A stretch of 64,000 nucleotides of DNA from the human T2T-CHM13v2.0 reference genome, Homo sapiens: the NCBI RefSeq assembly GCF_009914755.1, contig NC_060946.1, one strand, 5' to 3'. Within the stretch, counting starts at the first letter, position 1; each line of letters starts with the position of its first letter. Shown one piece after another: positions 33,401 through 46,600 of the stretch. The notes beneath the pieces are model-generated. The model did no database searches, had not been told where the DNA came from, and saw nothing but the letters and a program-made list of their open reading frames with translations. A program made the translations under genes and the position numbers.

Positions 33401-33701
33401 CAATGGATTGCGAATTAAAATTGAATGTGCACAACCACAGGTATACTAAAAGCCACTCAATTCATGACCTTTAATGGGGGAATCTTACGTGGCGTAGTCT
33501 CATGGAGACCACGGCAGACATAGTGAGAGAGAAAAAGGTGAGTAAATATCTGAAACGGAGGCAGAAACAGAGAGAATGAAAAGCCCTGTGAATGGAAGGG
33601 AGAGCGAAAAGGGAAAATGGTCCTATTTACAAATGACAGATGTGAAACTGGGGTTCACATCAACAGTGTCACTGCCAGGAAGGAGGGTCATGCTAGCCAT
33701 G

Positions 33702-36700
33702 TCACCGGTAGTGTGGCCCGCAGGGACGCCGACCTGCTGGAGCGTCGTGCCAGCATGGGCTGTGGCAACCACGTGGGCCAGCAGGAGGTTCCCGCTGCAC
33801 AGCTGTGGGGTGAGGATAGACTGGGTGGTGATATCGGCCATTACAGGGGCCTCTTCTGCTGGCAAGAGTGTGACAGTAGCAAGTAGATGGACAGGCCTGC
33901 GTGTGAGGACGGAATGCAGGAGGGGTTCTTGTGCGCCTGGGTGTGGGGCCCTCACGGGAACCGTGGAGAAATGGCCAGGTAACTGCGTCATGTGGGCTAG
34001 TAGATTGGCCAGGGCTTCGAACTGAAGGACGATAATGGGGAGTAGCTGTCAGGCCCTGGGAGTGCCTGAGTGTAAGTGGAGATGGGTTTGGGGTCACTGA
34101 GGGATGCGTGGGAGCCATCCCTGTATAGGTACAGGTCATAGGTAGATAGTCTCGTGAGGCCTGTGAGTGTCTAGGGTTGTCCTGGGTGCCTGGGGCTGAC
34201 TGTGGCAGAAATCTGGGGAAGGCTGGAGAGAAGCTGGGAGACCCAGGAGAGTCCCTGAAGGCAGGGGGTGAAGAGGTGAAAGAAATGGGGGAGGGTTGCA
34301 GTAAGGTCCGTGAGTTTGTAGGTGATTCCTGGGTGCGGGAAGCTGACTCCAGGTGAAATCTGGAGATGGTTGGAGAGTAGCTGAGAGAGACAGAAGAGTC
34401 CCTGAGGGCTGGGGGTGAGAACATGAGGGAGACGGGGGAGTAAGTCAGTGAAATTCGTGAGTTCGGTGGTGTATCGTGGGTGCCTGGAACTGACTCCAGC
34501 TGGAATCTAGAGAAGTTTTGAGAGTAGCTGAAGGAGACACAAGAGTCCCTGTGGGCTGAGGGCAAAGACCTGAGACAGACCAGGGAGGACCTCAGTGAAG
34601 TCTGTGAGTCTGTAGGTGATTCCGGAGTGTGGGAGGCTGACTCCCGCTGAAATCTGGGCGTGGTGGGAGAGTAGCTGGGACAGACAGGAGAGTCCCAGGG
34701 GGCTGGGGGTGACGACGTGAGAGAGACTGGGGAGTAACTCAGTGAAATTGCTGAGTTGGTTGGTGATACCTGGGTGCCTGGAACTGACCCCCGCTGAAAT
34801 CTGGGCATGGTTGGAGAGTAGCTGGGACACACAGGAGAGTCCCTGAGGGCTGGGGGTGAAGACATGAGCGAGACCGGGGAGTAACTGAGTGAAACTGGTG
34901 AGTTTGGTGGTGACTCCGGGGTGCCTGGAACTGACTCCAGCTGAAATGTGGGCGTGGTTGGAGAGTAGCTGGGACAGACAGGAGAGTCCCTGAGGACTGG
35001 TGAAGACATGAGAGAGACTGGAGAGTAATTGAGTGAAATTGGTGAGTTTGGTGGTGATTCCTGGGTGCCTGGAACTGACTCCCGCTGAAGTGTGGGCGTG
35101 GTTGGAGAGTAGCTGGGACACACAGGAGAGTCCCTGAGGGTTGGAGATAAAGACGTGCTAGAGACTGAGGAGTAACTGAGTGAAATTGGTGAGTTTGGTG
35201 GTGATTCCGGGGTGCCTGGAACGGACTCCAGCTGAAATGTGGGCGTGGTTGGAGAGTAGCTGGGACAGACGGGAGAGTCCCTGAGGAATGGTGAAGACAT
35301 GAGAGAGACTGGGGAGTAACGCAGTGAAATTGGTGAGTTTGGTGGTGATTTCTGGGTGCCTGCAACGGACTCCCGCTGAAGTGTGGGCGTGCTTGGAGAG
35401 TAGCTGGGACAGACAGGCGAGTCCCTGAGGGTTGGAGATAAAGACGTGCTAGAGACTGAGGAGTAACTGAGTGAAATTGGTGAGTTTGGTGGTGATTCCG
35501 GGGTGCCTGGAACGGACTCCAGCTGAAATGTGGGCGTGGTTGGAGAGTAGCTGGGACAGACGGGAGAGTCCCTGAGGGATGGTGAAGACATGAGAGAGAC
35601 TGGGGAGTAACGCAGTGAAATTGGTGAGTTTGGTGGTGATTTCTGGGTGCCTGCAACAGACTCCCGCTGAAGTGTGGGCGTGCTTGGAGAGTAGCTGGGA
35701 CAGACAGGCGAGTCCCTGAGGGTTGGAGATAAAGACGTGCTGGAGACTGGGGAGTAACTCAGTGAAAGTGGTGGGCTTGGTGGTGATCCCAGGGTTCCTG
35801 GAACTGACCCGCGCTGAAATGTGGGCGTGGTTGGAGAGTAGCTGGGACAGACTGGAGGGTCCGTAAGGGCTGGGGGTGAAGACGTGAGAGAGACTGGCGA
35901 GGATCTCACTGAGGTCTGTGAGTTTGTAGGTGTTTCTGGGGTGTGGGGTACAGACTCCCGCTGAAATCTGGGCGTAGTTGGAGAGTAGCTGGGACAGACA
36001 GGAGAGTCATGGGTGGCTGGGGGTGAGCTGCTGGATGATGGCAGTAAGAACATATGGTACATTATTGATGAATGAGGTGACTGTGAAGAATCTCCAGAGG
36101 AGGACACGGGAGAACACAATGACATGAGTGACTGTCCTGCTTGGTTAGGAAAGGGAAACGTAAAGTTGTGGAATTCTGTTGATGATGGATGTGAGAGTGG
36201 TGAAGCCCTGCGGGATGATGTAGAGGACTTCCACATCCCTGGTGAGGAGCTGCCCCTTGGGTCTGAGTTTCTGGGAGGGGAGAGGGAGAAGCTGGGTGAG
36301 GCAGGCATGAATCTTGAGGAGTCAGGGCTGGGGGACCGCTCATATTCTCCCGAGACCTGTGAGTCTCTGGGGGACTCCTGGGTGCATGGGGCTGACTCCC
36401 GCAGGAACCTGGGGTTGGCTGGAGAGTAACTGGGAGCCACAGGAGGGTCCCTGAGGCCTGGGGGTGAAGAGATGCAAGACACAGGGGTGGAGCAGCGTGA
36501 GGCTCGTGAGTTTGTAGGTGATTCCTGGGTGTGGGGGGCTGACTCCAGCTGAAATCTGGGGTTGTTTGGAGAGTAGCTGGGAGACACAGGAGAACCCCCG
36601 AGAGCTGGGGGTGAGCTGCTGGGTGATGGCAGTAAGAACATGTGGTATATTATTGATGAACGTGGGGACTCTGAGGAGTCCTCAGAGGAGGACACAGCAG

Positions 36701-36974
36701 AGCCCAATGGCTTCATTGATTGCCCATCACGGTGAGGACAGGGAAATGGGAGCTTGTGGGATTCTGGTGATGACAGAGGTGAGTGTGGTGAAGCCCTAGG
36801 GGATGGTGAATGGTAGTTCCGGATCCCTGGTGAGGAGCTTCCCCTTAAGCCGGAGTTTCTGAGAGGGGAGAGGGAGAAGCTGGGTGAGGCTCGCATGGAC
36901 CTTGGGGTGTCCGTGCTGGGGGACCGTTCATAAGAAGAGCCAGACAAGACCCTACTGTTCTTAGGTGCAGACAT
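33702..36974 (-). CDS. Ser/Pro-rich CTD-like repeat protein, copy 6 (1090 aa)
   Basis: Intact ORF. Confidence 0.7.
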   Translation of the reverse strand: MSAPKNSRVLSGSSYERSPSTDTPRSMRASPSFSLSPLRNSGLRGSSSPGIRNYHSPSPRASPHSPLSSPESHKLPFPCPHRDGQSMKPLGSAVSSSEDSSESPRSSIIYHMFLLPSPSSSPPALGGSPVSPSYSPNNPRFQLESAPHTQESPTNSRASRCSTPVSCISSPPGLRDPPVAPSYSPANPRFLRESAPCTQESPRDSQVSGEYERSPSPDSSRFMPASPSFSLSPPRNSDPRGSSSPGMWKSSTSSRRASPLSHPSSTEFHNFTFPFPNQAGQSLMSLCSPVSSSGDSSQSPHSSIMYHMFLLPSSSSSPPATHDSPVCPSYSPTTPRFQRESVPHTPETPTNSQTSVRSSPVSLTSSPPALTDPPVCPSYSPTTPTFQRGSVPGTLGSPPSPPLSLSYSPVSSTSLSPTLRDSPVCPSYSPSTPTLQRESVAGTQKSPPNSPISLRYSPVSLMSSPSLRDSPVCPSYSPTTPTFQLESVPGTPESPPNSPISLSYSSVSSTSLSPTLRDSPVCPSYSPSTPTLQRESVAGTQKSPPNSPISLRYSPVSLMSSPFLRDSPVCPSYSPTTPTFQLESVPGTPESPPNSPISLSYSSVSSTSLSPTLRDSPVCPSYSPTTPTLQRESVPGTQESPPNSPISLNYSPVSLMSSPVLRDSPVCPSYSPTTPTFQLESVPGTPESPPNSPVSLSYSPVSLMSSPPALRDSPVCPSYSPTMPRFQRGSVPGTQVSPTNSAISLSYSPVSLTSSPPAPWDSPVCPSYSPTTPRFQRESASHTPESPTDSQTSLRSSLVCLRSLPSAHRDSCVSFSYSQNFSRFQLESVPGTHDTPPNSRISLTYSPVSLMFSPPALRDSSVSLSYSPTISRFHLESASRTQESPTNSRTLLQPSPISFTSSPPAFRDSPGSPSFSPAFPRFLPQSAPGTQDNPRHSQASRDYLPMTCTYTGMAPTHPSVTPNPSPLTLRHSQGLTATPHYRPSVRSPGQSTSPHDAVTWPFLHGSREGPTPRRTRTPPAFRPHTQACPSTCYCHTLASRRGPCNGRYHHPVYPHPTAVQREPPAGPRGCHSPCWHDAPAGRRPCGPHYR

Positions 36975-37049
36975 GATTAGGAAACCTGCAGCTCCCAGGG
37001 GCCCCCACTAATGTTCTAACTCGCAGAAGGAAGGAGTGTGTGTGCGTGT

Positions 37050-37081
<32 letters not shown>

Positions 37082-40000
37082 TTGTGTGTGTGCGGTGTGA
37101 GGTATGGGCCCCTTAAGGAAATGGAAATCAACCAACCAATGGGACAGACAGACAGACAGACAGACAGAGATTCACTTGCCCAAGTGTTCTGTCCTGTCCT
37201 CTGAATCCGCTTTCAAGTCGCAAGACGCTGTGAGCTCCAAGTCCACGCAGAGTCCGCCAAACGCTCCGGCCGCTGATCCGCTCCGCGAAGATCTGAGTAC
37301 AGGCCAGCCAGGGTGGGTTTAAATAGCCTCGGGCGCAGCCTAGCAGCGGAAAGGGCGGAGCTTCACTCCTCCTTTCCATCAGTCACCCCCAACTTTCCCA
37401 GGCTACACCTCGTAGGAAACTGTTCTCCTGCTTTGATTTCATGCGCCACCTTTGGGACAATCTAAGAACTTACAGGTTTTCTTGGCCAGATTTATTAGGA
37501 ATTGTATGCACTGAAACACTGAAAACCAACTAGTGGTTCTGTGCTTCCCACGTTGTGGTTTTGACACCAGCAGCATCCTTGCCACAATCAAACCCCGGAG
37601 ATCCGCAGATCTGTGTTGTAACAAGACCTCCCCCTGACCCTGAAGCATGGCAGTTGAAGAAGTCTTTCCGTGTAAGCGAAAAGACTTTGAAGAAAAGGTG
37701 GAGATATGCGTTGTATAAACATTCTTTGGCTCTGGAACCACGTAGAGACTTGGGAGCCAGTTGGGTGGAGCATTCGTTGGATGAGGGTGCTCGGGTTAGG
37801 AATATCAAGGTGTTTCTCCAGATAATCCAATCATCTAATTAAGATTCCAGTTATGCTCATCTGTTTTAAAATTCCGTTTGGGTAAATTCTTTTAGTCAGA
37901 CTGAGAATGGCAAAGCCTCAACCCCAATTTCCAGGGAGGGTGGAGAGCCTCAGGTGGAGTTGATCACCAATAGCCTATGGTTTAACCCATCATGCCTATA
38001 GAATGAGGTCTCCATCAAAACCCAAAAGGACTGGGTTCAGAGAGCTTCTGGATAACACTTCCTGGAAGGTAGTGCACCCCTCCCCGCATGCCGGGCCCCA
38101 CATTTATTTCTGAACCTTGTGCAATGTCCGCTAAAATACAACGGCAAATGTAAGTGTTTCCCTGCGTGCTGTGAGCTCTTCCAGCAAATGAATGCAACTA
38201 AATCTGGGAGTGGTGGCAACCTGATTTATAGCCAGTTGCTGAGAAGCACAGGTAAAACAACGTAGGGCTTCCCATTGTTATTGGTGTGGGAGGCCTGTCT
38301 GGCGGGACTCGGCCCTTTGGAATCTAATGCTATGTCCCGGTAGATAGCGTCACCATTGAATTAGAAGACACACATATGTGGAGAATAATCTTTCTGGTCA
38401 TTTACTGCATGTCATATTTACAATATGTAATCAAATTCTTTATCCTGACCTTATGGCACCTGGGTTTAGGACCATGATTTGAACCAAACGTTGGTCTGTC
38501 ACTTTCTGAGTTTGAAACTTTATTTTGCCTTTAGCGTTTTGCTATTGCTTTTTCGTTTTCTTTTGTTTCGTTTCGTTTCTAAGTTCTGGGGTATATGTGC
38601 AGGATGTGCAGATTTGTTACTAAGGTAAACGTGTGCCATGGTGGTTTGCTGCACCTGTCAACCCGTCACCTAGGTATTAAGCCCAGCATGCAGTAGCTGT
38701 TTTTCTTAACGCTCTGCCTCCCGAAAGGCCCCAGTGTGTGTTGTTCCCCTTCCTGTGTCCATGGGATCTCACTTTTCAGCTCCCATTATAAGTGAGAAGG
38801 TGGCGTTTGGTTTTCTTTCCCTGGATTAGTTTGCTGACGATAATGACCACACATCACCACTGTTTTTGTTTTTTAGTATAAAGAGTAGTATTTTATTGAA
38901 TAAGATTTGCTCACAGAAAAATAAGCTTAAATCTACAATGAATGCCAGACCCTACAGCAGAAAGCAATTTTCTCACTTTTCCACACACAATGGTTCCTAC
39001 TAAGTGAAAAAAAAGCCATAAAATTTCATTCACAAATGTACTACTCTGTCTCAAAACATCTCACGTAATCATGCACTGTACTAAAGCCATCAGATCAGTT
39101 CTTCAGTCAGGTTAAAGAAGTATCCCTCTAATAACTGACTTTTATAATGCTATCAATATCCACTCCCAATCAGTCTGCCATTGTTAATGGTGTACAGCAT
39201 TACTGAATACAACGGAATTGATGACGCCCATATCCACAGACAAACCGTGACTTATGATGGTTTGATTTATGATTTTTCAACGTTATGATGGGTTTATTGG
39301 AATATTAGATTCGTTTCTGAGTTACACTGGGTTTATGAGTATGCGACCCTACACTCCAGAAACAACTGTATAAGGAAAAACAGGTGTACCTAATAAAAAT
39401 ATGCTTAGTGACTTGGGATAAACCAATAGATGTTCACAAGTGATGGAGAGCCGTGAAAGAGAGATAGCGGTAAATAGTTACAATAACACAATTTTCCTGC
39501 ACCTGTCGAGGATTTCCCCCAAAAAACGCAGAATGTGGGATGCACCTAAGGCATATGAAAGAGAGAGGGCAGAAGGAGTAAGAGAGAAATAGGAGGAAGG
39601 AAGGAAGGAAGCAAGGAAGAAAGGAAGGAAGGAAAGAAGGAAGGAAGGACGGAAGGAAGGAAGGAAGGAAGGAAGGAAGGAAGGAAAGAAGGATGAAAGG
39701 AAGGAGAAAACACCGGTGTTACTAAAACCCCCCAAAAAATGGTTTCCCCCTGTGGGTAAGCCTACAATGTGGATGAATCTTGAAAATATTGTGCTACGTG
39801 TTATGTCAGTCATAGCAGCTCACCTATTGTGCAATTCCGTTTATAGGAAATGTCCACAATATGGAAATCTATGCATATGGGATTGATCGCACTAGGTAGT
39901 TGCTACCTAGGGCTGAGGGTCAGGGAGAGGGTTTGAGACAGAATGAGGAGTGACTAATGTCTACAGGGTCTTTCTCTGGTCGGGGGTGATAAGACGTTTT

Positions 40001-40302
40001 ACAATGGATTGCGAATTAAAATTGAATGTGCACAACCACAGGTATACTAAAAGCCACTCAATTCATGACCTTTAATGGGGGAATCTTACGTGGCGTAGTC
40101 TCATGGAGACCACGGCAGACATAGTGAGAGAGAAAAAGGTGAGTAAATATCTGAAACGGAGGCAGAAACAGAGAGAATGAAAAGCCCTGTGAATGGAAGG
40201 GAGAGCGAAAAGGGAAAATGGTCCTATTTACAAATGACAGATGTGAAACTGGGGTTCACATCAACAGTGTCACTGCCAGGAAGGAGGGTCATGCTAGCCA
40301 TG

Positions 40303-43300
40303 TCACCGGTAGTGTGGCCCGCAGGGACGCCGACCTGCTGGAGCGTCGTGCCAGCATGGGCTGTGGCAACCACGTGGGCCAGCAGGAGGTTCCCGCTGCA
40401 CAGCTGTGGGGTGAGGATAGACTGGGTGGTGATATCGGCCATTACAGGGGCCTCTTCTGCTGGCAAGAGTGTGACAGTAGCAAGTAGATGGACAGGCCTG
40501 CGTGTGAGGACGGAATGCAGGAGGGGTTCTTGTGCGCCTGGGTGTGGGGCCCTCACGGGAACCGTGGAGAAATGGCCAGGTAACTGCGTCATGTGGGCTA
40601 GTAGATTGGCCAGGGCTTCGAACTGAAGGACGATAATGGGGAGTAGCTGTCAGGCCCTGGGAGTGCCTGAGTGTAAGTGGAGATGGGTTTGGGGTCACTG
40701 AGGGATGCGTGGGAGCCATCCCTGTATAGGTACAGGTCATAGGGAGATAGTCTCGTGAGGCCTGTGAGTGTCTAGGGTTGTCCTGGGTGCCTGGGGCTGA
40801 CTGTGGCAGAAATCTGGGGAAGGCTGGAGAGAAGCTGGGAGACCCAGGAGAGTCCCTGAAGGCAGGGGGTGAAGAGGTGAAAGAAATGGGGGAGGGTTGC
40901 AGTAAGGTCCGTGAGTTTGTAGGTGATTCCTGGGTGCGGGAAGCTGACTCCAGGTGAAATCTGGAGATGGTTGGAGAGTAGCTGAGAGAGACAGAAGAGT
41001 CCCTGAGGGCTGGGGGTGAGAACATGAGGGAGACGGGGGAGTAAGTCAGTGAAATTCGTGAGTTCGGTGGTGTATCGTGGGTGCCTGGAACTGACTCCAG
41101 CTGGAATCTAGAGAAGTTTTGAGAGTAGCTGAAGGAGACACAAGAGTCCCTGTGGGCTGAGGGCAAAGACCTGAGACAGACCAGGGAGGACCTCAGTGAA
41201 GTCTGTGAGTCTGTAGGTGATTCCGGAGTGTGGGAGGCTGACTCCCGCTGAAATCTGGGCGTGGTGGGAGAGTAGCTGGGACAGACAGGAGAGTCCCAGG
41301 GGGCTGGGGGTGACGACGTGAGAGAGACTGGGGAGTAACTCAGTGAAATTGCTGAGTTGGTTGGTGATACCTGGGTGCCTGGAACTGACCCCCGCTGAAA
41401 TCTGGGCATGGTTGGAGAGTAGCTGGGACACACAGGAGAGTCCCTGAGGGCTGGGGGTGAAGACATGAGCGAGACCGGGGAGTAACTGAGTGAAACTGGT
41501 GAGTTTGGTGGTGACTCCGGGGTGCCTGGAACTGACTCCAGCTGAAATGTGGGCGTGGTTGGAGAGTAGCTGGGACAGACAGGAGAGTCCCTGAGGACTG
41601 GTGAAGACATGAGAGAGACTGGAGAGTAATTGAGTGAAATTGGTGAGTTTGGTGGTGATTCCTGGGTGCCTGGAACTGACTCCCGCTGAAGTGTGGGCGT
41701 GGTTGGAGAGTAGCTGGGACACACAGGAGAGTCCCTGAGGGTTGGAGATAAAGACGTGCTAGAGACTGAGGAGTAACTGAGTGAAATTGGTGAGTTTGGT
41801 GGTGATTCCGGGGTGCCTGGAACGGACTCCAGCTGAAATGTGGGCGTGGTTGGAGAGTAGCTGGGACAGACGGGAGAGTCCCTGAGGAATGGTGAAGACA
41901 TGAGAGAGACTGGGGAGTAACGCAGTGAAATTGGTGAGTTTGGTGGTGATTTCTGGGTGCCTGCAACGGACTCCCGCTGAAGTGTGGGCGTGCTTGGAGA
42001 GTAGCTGGGACAGACAGGCGAGTCCCTGAGGGTTGGAGATAAAGACGTGCTAGAGACTGAGGAGTAACTGAGTGAAATTGGTGAGTTTGGTGGTGATTCC
42101 GGGGTGCCTGGAACGGACTCCAGCTGAAATGTGGGCGTGGTTGGAGAGTAGCTGGGACAGACGGGAGAGTCCCTGAGGGATGGTGAAGACATGAGAGAGA
42201 CTGGGGAGTAACGCAGTGAAATTGGTGAGTTTGGTGGTGATTTCTGGGTGCCTGCAACAGACTCCCGCTGAAGTGTGGGCGTGCTTGGAGAGTAGCTGGG
42301 ACAGACAGGCGAGTCCCTGAGGGTTGGAGATAAAGACGTGCTGGAGACTGGGGAGTAACTCAGTGAAAGTGGTGGGCTTGGTGGTGATCCCAGGGTTCCT
42401 GGAACTGACCCGCGCTGAAATGTGGGCGTGGTTGGAGAGTAGCTGGGACAGACTGGAGGGTCCGTAAGGGCTGGGGGTGAAGACGTGAGAGAGACTGGCG
42501 AGGATCTCACTGAGGTCTGTGAGTTTGTAGGTGTTTCTGGGGTGTGGGGTACAGACTCCCGCTGAAATCTGGGCGTAGTTGGAGAGTAGCTGGGACAGAC
42601 AGGAGAGTCATGGGTGGCTGGGGGTGAGCTGCTGGATGATGGCAGTAAGAACATATGGTACATTATTGATGAATGAGGTGACTGTGAAGAATCTCCAGAG
42701 GAGGACACGGGAGAACACAATGACATGAGTGACTGTCCTGCTTGGTTAGGAAAGGGAAACGTAAAGTTGTGGAATTCTGTTGATGATGGATGTGAGAGTG
42801 GTGAAGCCCTGCGGGATGATGTAGAGGACTTCCACATCCCTGGTGAGGAGCTGCCCCTTGGGTCTGAGTTTCTGGGAGGGGAGAGGGAGAAGCTGGGTGA
42901 GGCAGGCATGAATCTTGAGGAGTCAGGGCTGGGGGACCGCTCATATTCTCCCGAGACCTGTGAGTCTCTGGGGGACTCCTGGGTGCATGGGGCTGACTCC
43001 CGCAGGAACCTGGGGTTGGCTGGAGAGTAACTGGGAGCCACAGGAGGGTCCCTGAGGCCTGGGGGTGAAGAGATGCAAGACACAGGGGTGGAGCAGCGTG
43101 AGGCTCGTGAGTTTGTAGGTGATTCCTGGGTGTGGGGGGCTGACTCCAGCTGAAATCTGGGGTTGTTTGGAGAGTAGCTGGGAGACACAGGAGAACCCCC
43201 GAGAGCTGGGGGTGAGCTGCTGGGTGATGGCAGTAAGAACATGTGGTATATTATTGATGAACGTGGGGACTCTGAGGAGTCCTCAGAGGAGGACACGGCA

Positions 43301-43575
43301 GAGCCCAATGGCTTCATTGATTGCCCATCACGGTGAGGACAGGGAAATGGGAGCTTGTGGGATTCTGGTGATGACAGAGGTGAGTGTGGTGAAGCCCTAG
43401 GGGATGGTGAATGGTAGTTCCGGATCCCTGGTGAGGAGCTTCCCCTTAAGCCGGAGTTTCTGAGAGGGGAGAGGGAGAAGCTGGGTGAGGCTCGCATGGA
43501 CCTTGGGGTGTCCGTGCTGGGGGACCGTTCATAAGAAGAGCCAGACAAGACCCTACTGTTCTTAGGTGCAGACAT
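40303..43575 (-). CDS. Ser/Pro-rich CTD-like repeat protein, copy 7 (1090 aa)
   Basis: Intact ORF. Confidence 0.7.
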   Translation of the reverse strand: MSAPKNSRVLSGSSYERSPSTDTPRSMRASPSFSLSPLRNSGLRGSSSPGIRNYHSPSPRASPHSPLSSPESHKLPFPCPHRDGQSMKPLGSAVSSSEDSSESPRSSIIYHMFLLPSPSSSPPALGGSPVSPSYSPNNPRFQLESAPHTQESPTNSRASRCSTPVSCISSPPGLRDPPVAPSYSPANPRFLRESAPCTQESPRDSQVSGEYERSPSPDSSRFMPASPSFSLSPPRNSDPRGSSSPGMWKSSTSSRRASPLSHPSSTEFHNFTFPFPNQAGQSLMSLCSPVSSSGDSSQSPHSSIMYHMFLLPSSSSSPPATHDSPVCPSYSPTTPRFQRESVPHTPETPTNSQTSVRSSPVSLTSSPPALTDPPVCPSYSPTTPTFQRGSVPGTLGSPPSPPLSLSYSPVSSTSLSPTLRDSPVCPSYSPSTPTLQRESVAGTQKSPPNSPISLRYSPVSLMSSPSLRDSPVCPSYSPTTPTFQLESVPGTPESPPNSPISLSYSSVSSTSLSPTLRDSPVCPSYSPSTPTLQRESVAGTQKSPPNSPISLRYSPVSLMSSPFLRDSPVCPSYSPTTPTFQLESVPGTPESPPNSPISLSYSSVSSTSLSPTLRDSPVCPSYSPTTPTLQRESVPGTQESPPNSPISLNYSPVSLMSSPVLRDSPVCPSYSPTTPTFQLESVPGTPESPPNSPVSLSYSPVSLMSSPPALRDSPVCPSYSPTMPRFQRGSVPGTQVSPTNSAISLSYSPVSLTSSPPAPWDSPVCPSYSPTTPRFQRESASHTPESPTDSQTSLRSSLVCLRSLPSAHRDSCVSFSYSQNFSRFQLESVPGTHDTPPNSRISLTYSPVSLMFSPPALRDSSVSLSYSPTISRFHLESASRTQESPTNSRTLLQPSPISFTSSPPAFRDSPGSPSFSPAFPRFLPQSAPGTQDNPRHSQASRDYLPMTCTYTGMAPTHPSVTPNPSPLTLRHSQGLTATPHYRPSVRSPGQSTSPHDAVTWPFLHGSREGPTPRRTRTPPAFRPHTQACPSTCYCHTLASRRGPCNGRYHHPVYPHPTAVQREPPAGPRGCHSPCWHDAPAGRRPCGPHYR

Positions 43576-43650
43576 GATTAGGAAACCTGCAGCTCCCAGG
43601 GGCCCCCACTAATGTTCTAACTCGCAGAAGGAAGGAGTGTGTGTGCGTGT

Positions 43651-43682
<32 letters not shown>

Positions 43683-46600
43683 TTGTGTGTGTGCGGTGTG
43701 AGGTATGGGCCCCTTAAGGAAATGGAAATCAACCAACCAATGGGACAGACAGACAGACAGACAGACAGAGATTCACTTGCCCAAGTGTTCTGTCCTGTCC
43801 TCTGAATCCGCTTTCAAGTCGCAAGACGCTGTGAGCTCCAAGTCCACGCAGAGTCCGCCAAACGCTCCGGCCGCTGATCCGCTCCGCGAAGATCTGAGTA
43901 CAGGCCAGCCAGGGTGGGTTTAAATAGCCTCGGGCGCAGCCTAGCAGCGGAAAGGGCGGAGCTTCACTCCTCCTTTCCATCAGTCACCCCCAACTTTCCC
44001 AGGCTACACCTCGTAGGAAACTGTTCTCCTGCTTTGATTTCATGCGCCACCTTTGGGACAATCTAAGAACTTACAGGTTTTCTTGGCCAGATTTATTAGG
44101 AATTGTATGCACTGAAACACTGAAAACCAACTAGTGGTTCTGTGCTTCCCACGTTGTGGTTTTGACACCAGCAGCATCCTTGCCACAATCAAACCCCGGA
44201 GATCCGCAGATCTGTGTTGTAACAAGACCTCCCCCTGACCCTGAAGCATGGCAGTTGAAGAAGTCTTTCCGTGTAAGCGAAAAGACTTTGAAGAAAAGGT
44301 GGAGATATGCGTTGTATAAACATTCTTTGGCTCTGGAACCACGTAGAGACTTGGGAGCCAGTTGGGTGGAGCATTCGTTGGATGAGGGTGCTCGGGTTAG
44401 GAATATCAAGGTGTTTCTCCAGATAATCCAATCATCTAATTAAGATTCCAGTTATGCTCATCTGTTTTAAAATTCCGTTTGGGTAAATTCTTTTAGTCAG
44501 ACTGAGAATGGCAAAGCCTCAACCCCAATTTCCAGGGAGGGTGGAGAGCCTCAGGTGGAGTTGATCACCAATAGCCTATGGTTTAACCCATCATGCCTAT
44601 AGAATGAGGTCTCCATCAAAACCCAAAAGGACTGGGTTCAGAGAGCTTCTGGATAACACTTCCTGGAAGGTAGTGCACCCCTCCCCGCATGCCGGGCCCC
44701 ACATTTATTTCTGAACCTTGTGCAATGTCCGCTAAAATACAACGGCAAATGTAAGTGTTTCCCTGCGTGCTGTGAGCTCTTCCAGCAAATGAATGCAACT
44801 AAATCTGGGAGTGGTGGCAACCTGATTTATAGCCAGTTGCTGAGAAGCACAGGTAAAACAACGTAGGGCTTCCCATTGTTATTGGTGTGGGAGGCCTGTC
44901 TGGCGGGACTCGGCCCTTTGGAATCTAATGCTATGTCCCGGTAGATAGCGTCACCATTGAATTAGAAGACACACATATGTGGAGAATAATCTTTCTGGTC
45001 ATTTACTGCATGTCATATTTACAATATGTAATCAAATTCTTTATCCTGACCTTATGGCACCTGGGTTTAGGACCATGATTTGAACCAAACGTTGGTCTGT
45101 CACTTTCTGAGTTTGAAACTTTATTTTGCCTTTAGCGTTTTGCTATTGCTTTTTCGTTTTCTTTTGTTTCGTTTCGTTTCTAAGTTCTGGGGTATATGTG
45201 CAGGATGTGCAGATTTGTTACTAAGGTAAACGTGTGCCATGGTGGTTTGCTGCACCTGTCAACCCGTCACCTAGGTATTAAGCCCAGCATGCAGTAGCTG
45301 TTTTTCTTAACGCTCTGCCTCCCGAAAGGCCCCAGTGTGTGTTGTTCCCCTTCCTGTGTCCATGGGATCTCACTTTTCAGCTCCCATTATAAGTGAGAAG
45401 GTGGCGTTTGGTTTTCTTTCCCTGGATTAGTTTGCTGACGATAATGACCACACATCACCACTGTTTTTGTTTTTTAGTATAAAGAGTAGTATTTTATTGA
45501 ATAAGATTTGCTCACAGAAAAATAAGCTTAAATCTACAATGAATGCCAGACCCTACAGCAGAAAGCAATTTTCTCACTTTTCCACACACAATGGTTCCTA
45601 CTAAGTGAAAAAAAAGCCATAAAATTTCATTCACAAATGTACTACTCTGTCTCAAAACATCTCACGTAATCATGCACTGTACTAAAGCCATCAGATCAGT
45701 TCTTCAGTCAGGTTAAAGAAGTATCCCTCTAATAACTGACTTTTATAATGCTATCAATATCCACTCCCAATCAGTCTGCCATTGTTAATGGTGTACAGCA
45801 TTACTGAATACAACGGAATTGATGACGCCCATATCCACAGACAAACCGTGACTTATGATGGTTTGATTTATGATTTTTCAACGTTATGATGGGTTTATTG
45901 GAATATTAGATTCGTTTCTGAGTTACACTGGGTTTATGAGTATGCGACCCTACACTCCAGAAACAGCTGTATAAGGAAAAACAGGTGTACCTAATAAAAA
46001 TATGCTTAGTGACTTGGGATAAACCAATAGATGTTCACAAGTGATGGAGAGCCGTGAAAGAGAGATAGCGGTAAATAGTTACAATAACACAATTTTCCTG
46101 CACCTGTCGAGGATTTCCCCCAAAAAACGCAGAATGTGGGATGCACCTAAGGCATATGAAAGAGAGAGGGCAGAAGGAGTAAGAGAGAAATAGGAGGAAG
46201 GAAGGAAGGAAGCAAGGAAGAAAGGAAGGAAGGAAAGAAGGAAGGAAGGACGGAAGGAAGGAAGGAAGGAAGGAAGGAAGGAAGGAAAGAAGGATGAAAG
46301 GAAGGAGAAAACACCGGTGTTACTAAAACCCCCCAAAAAATGGTTTCCCCCTGTGGGTAAGCCTACAATGTGGATGAATCTTGAAAATATTGTGCTACGT
46401 GTTATGTCAGTCATAGCAGCTCACCTATTGTGCAATTCCGTTTATAGGAAATGTCCACAATATGGAAATCTATGCATATGGGATTGATCGCACTAGGTAG
46501 TTGCTACCTAGGGCTGAGGGTCAGGGAGAGGGTTTGAGACAGAATGAGGAGTGACTAATGTCTACAGGGTCTTTCTCTGGTCGGGGGTGATAAGACGTTT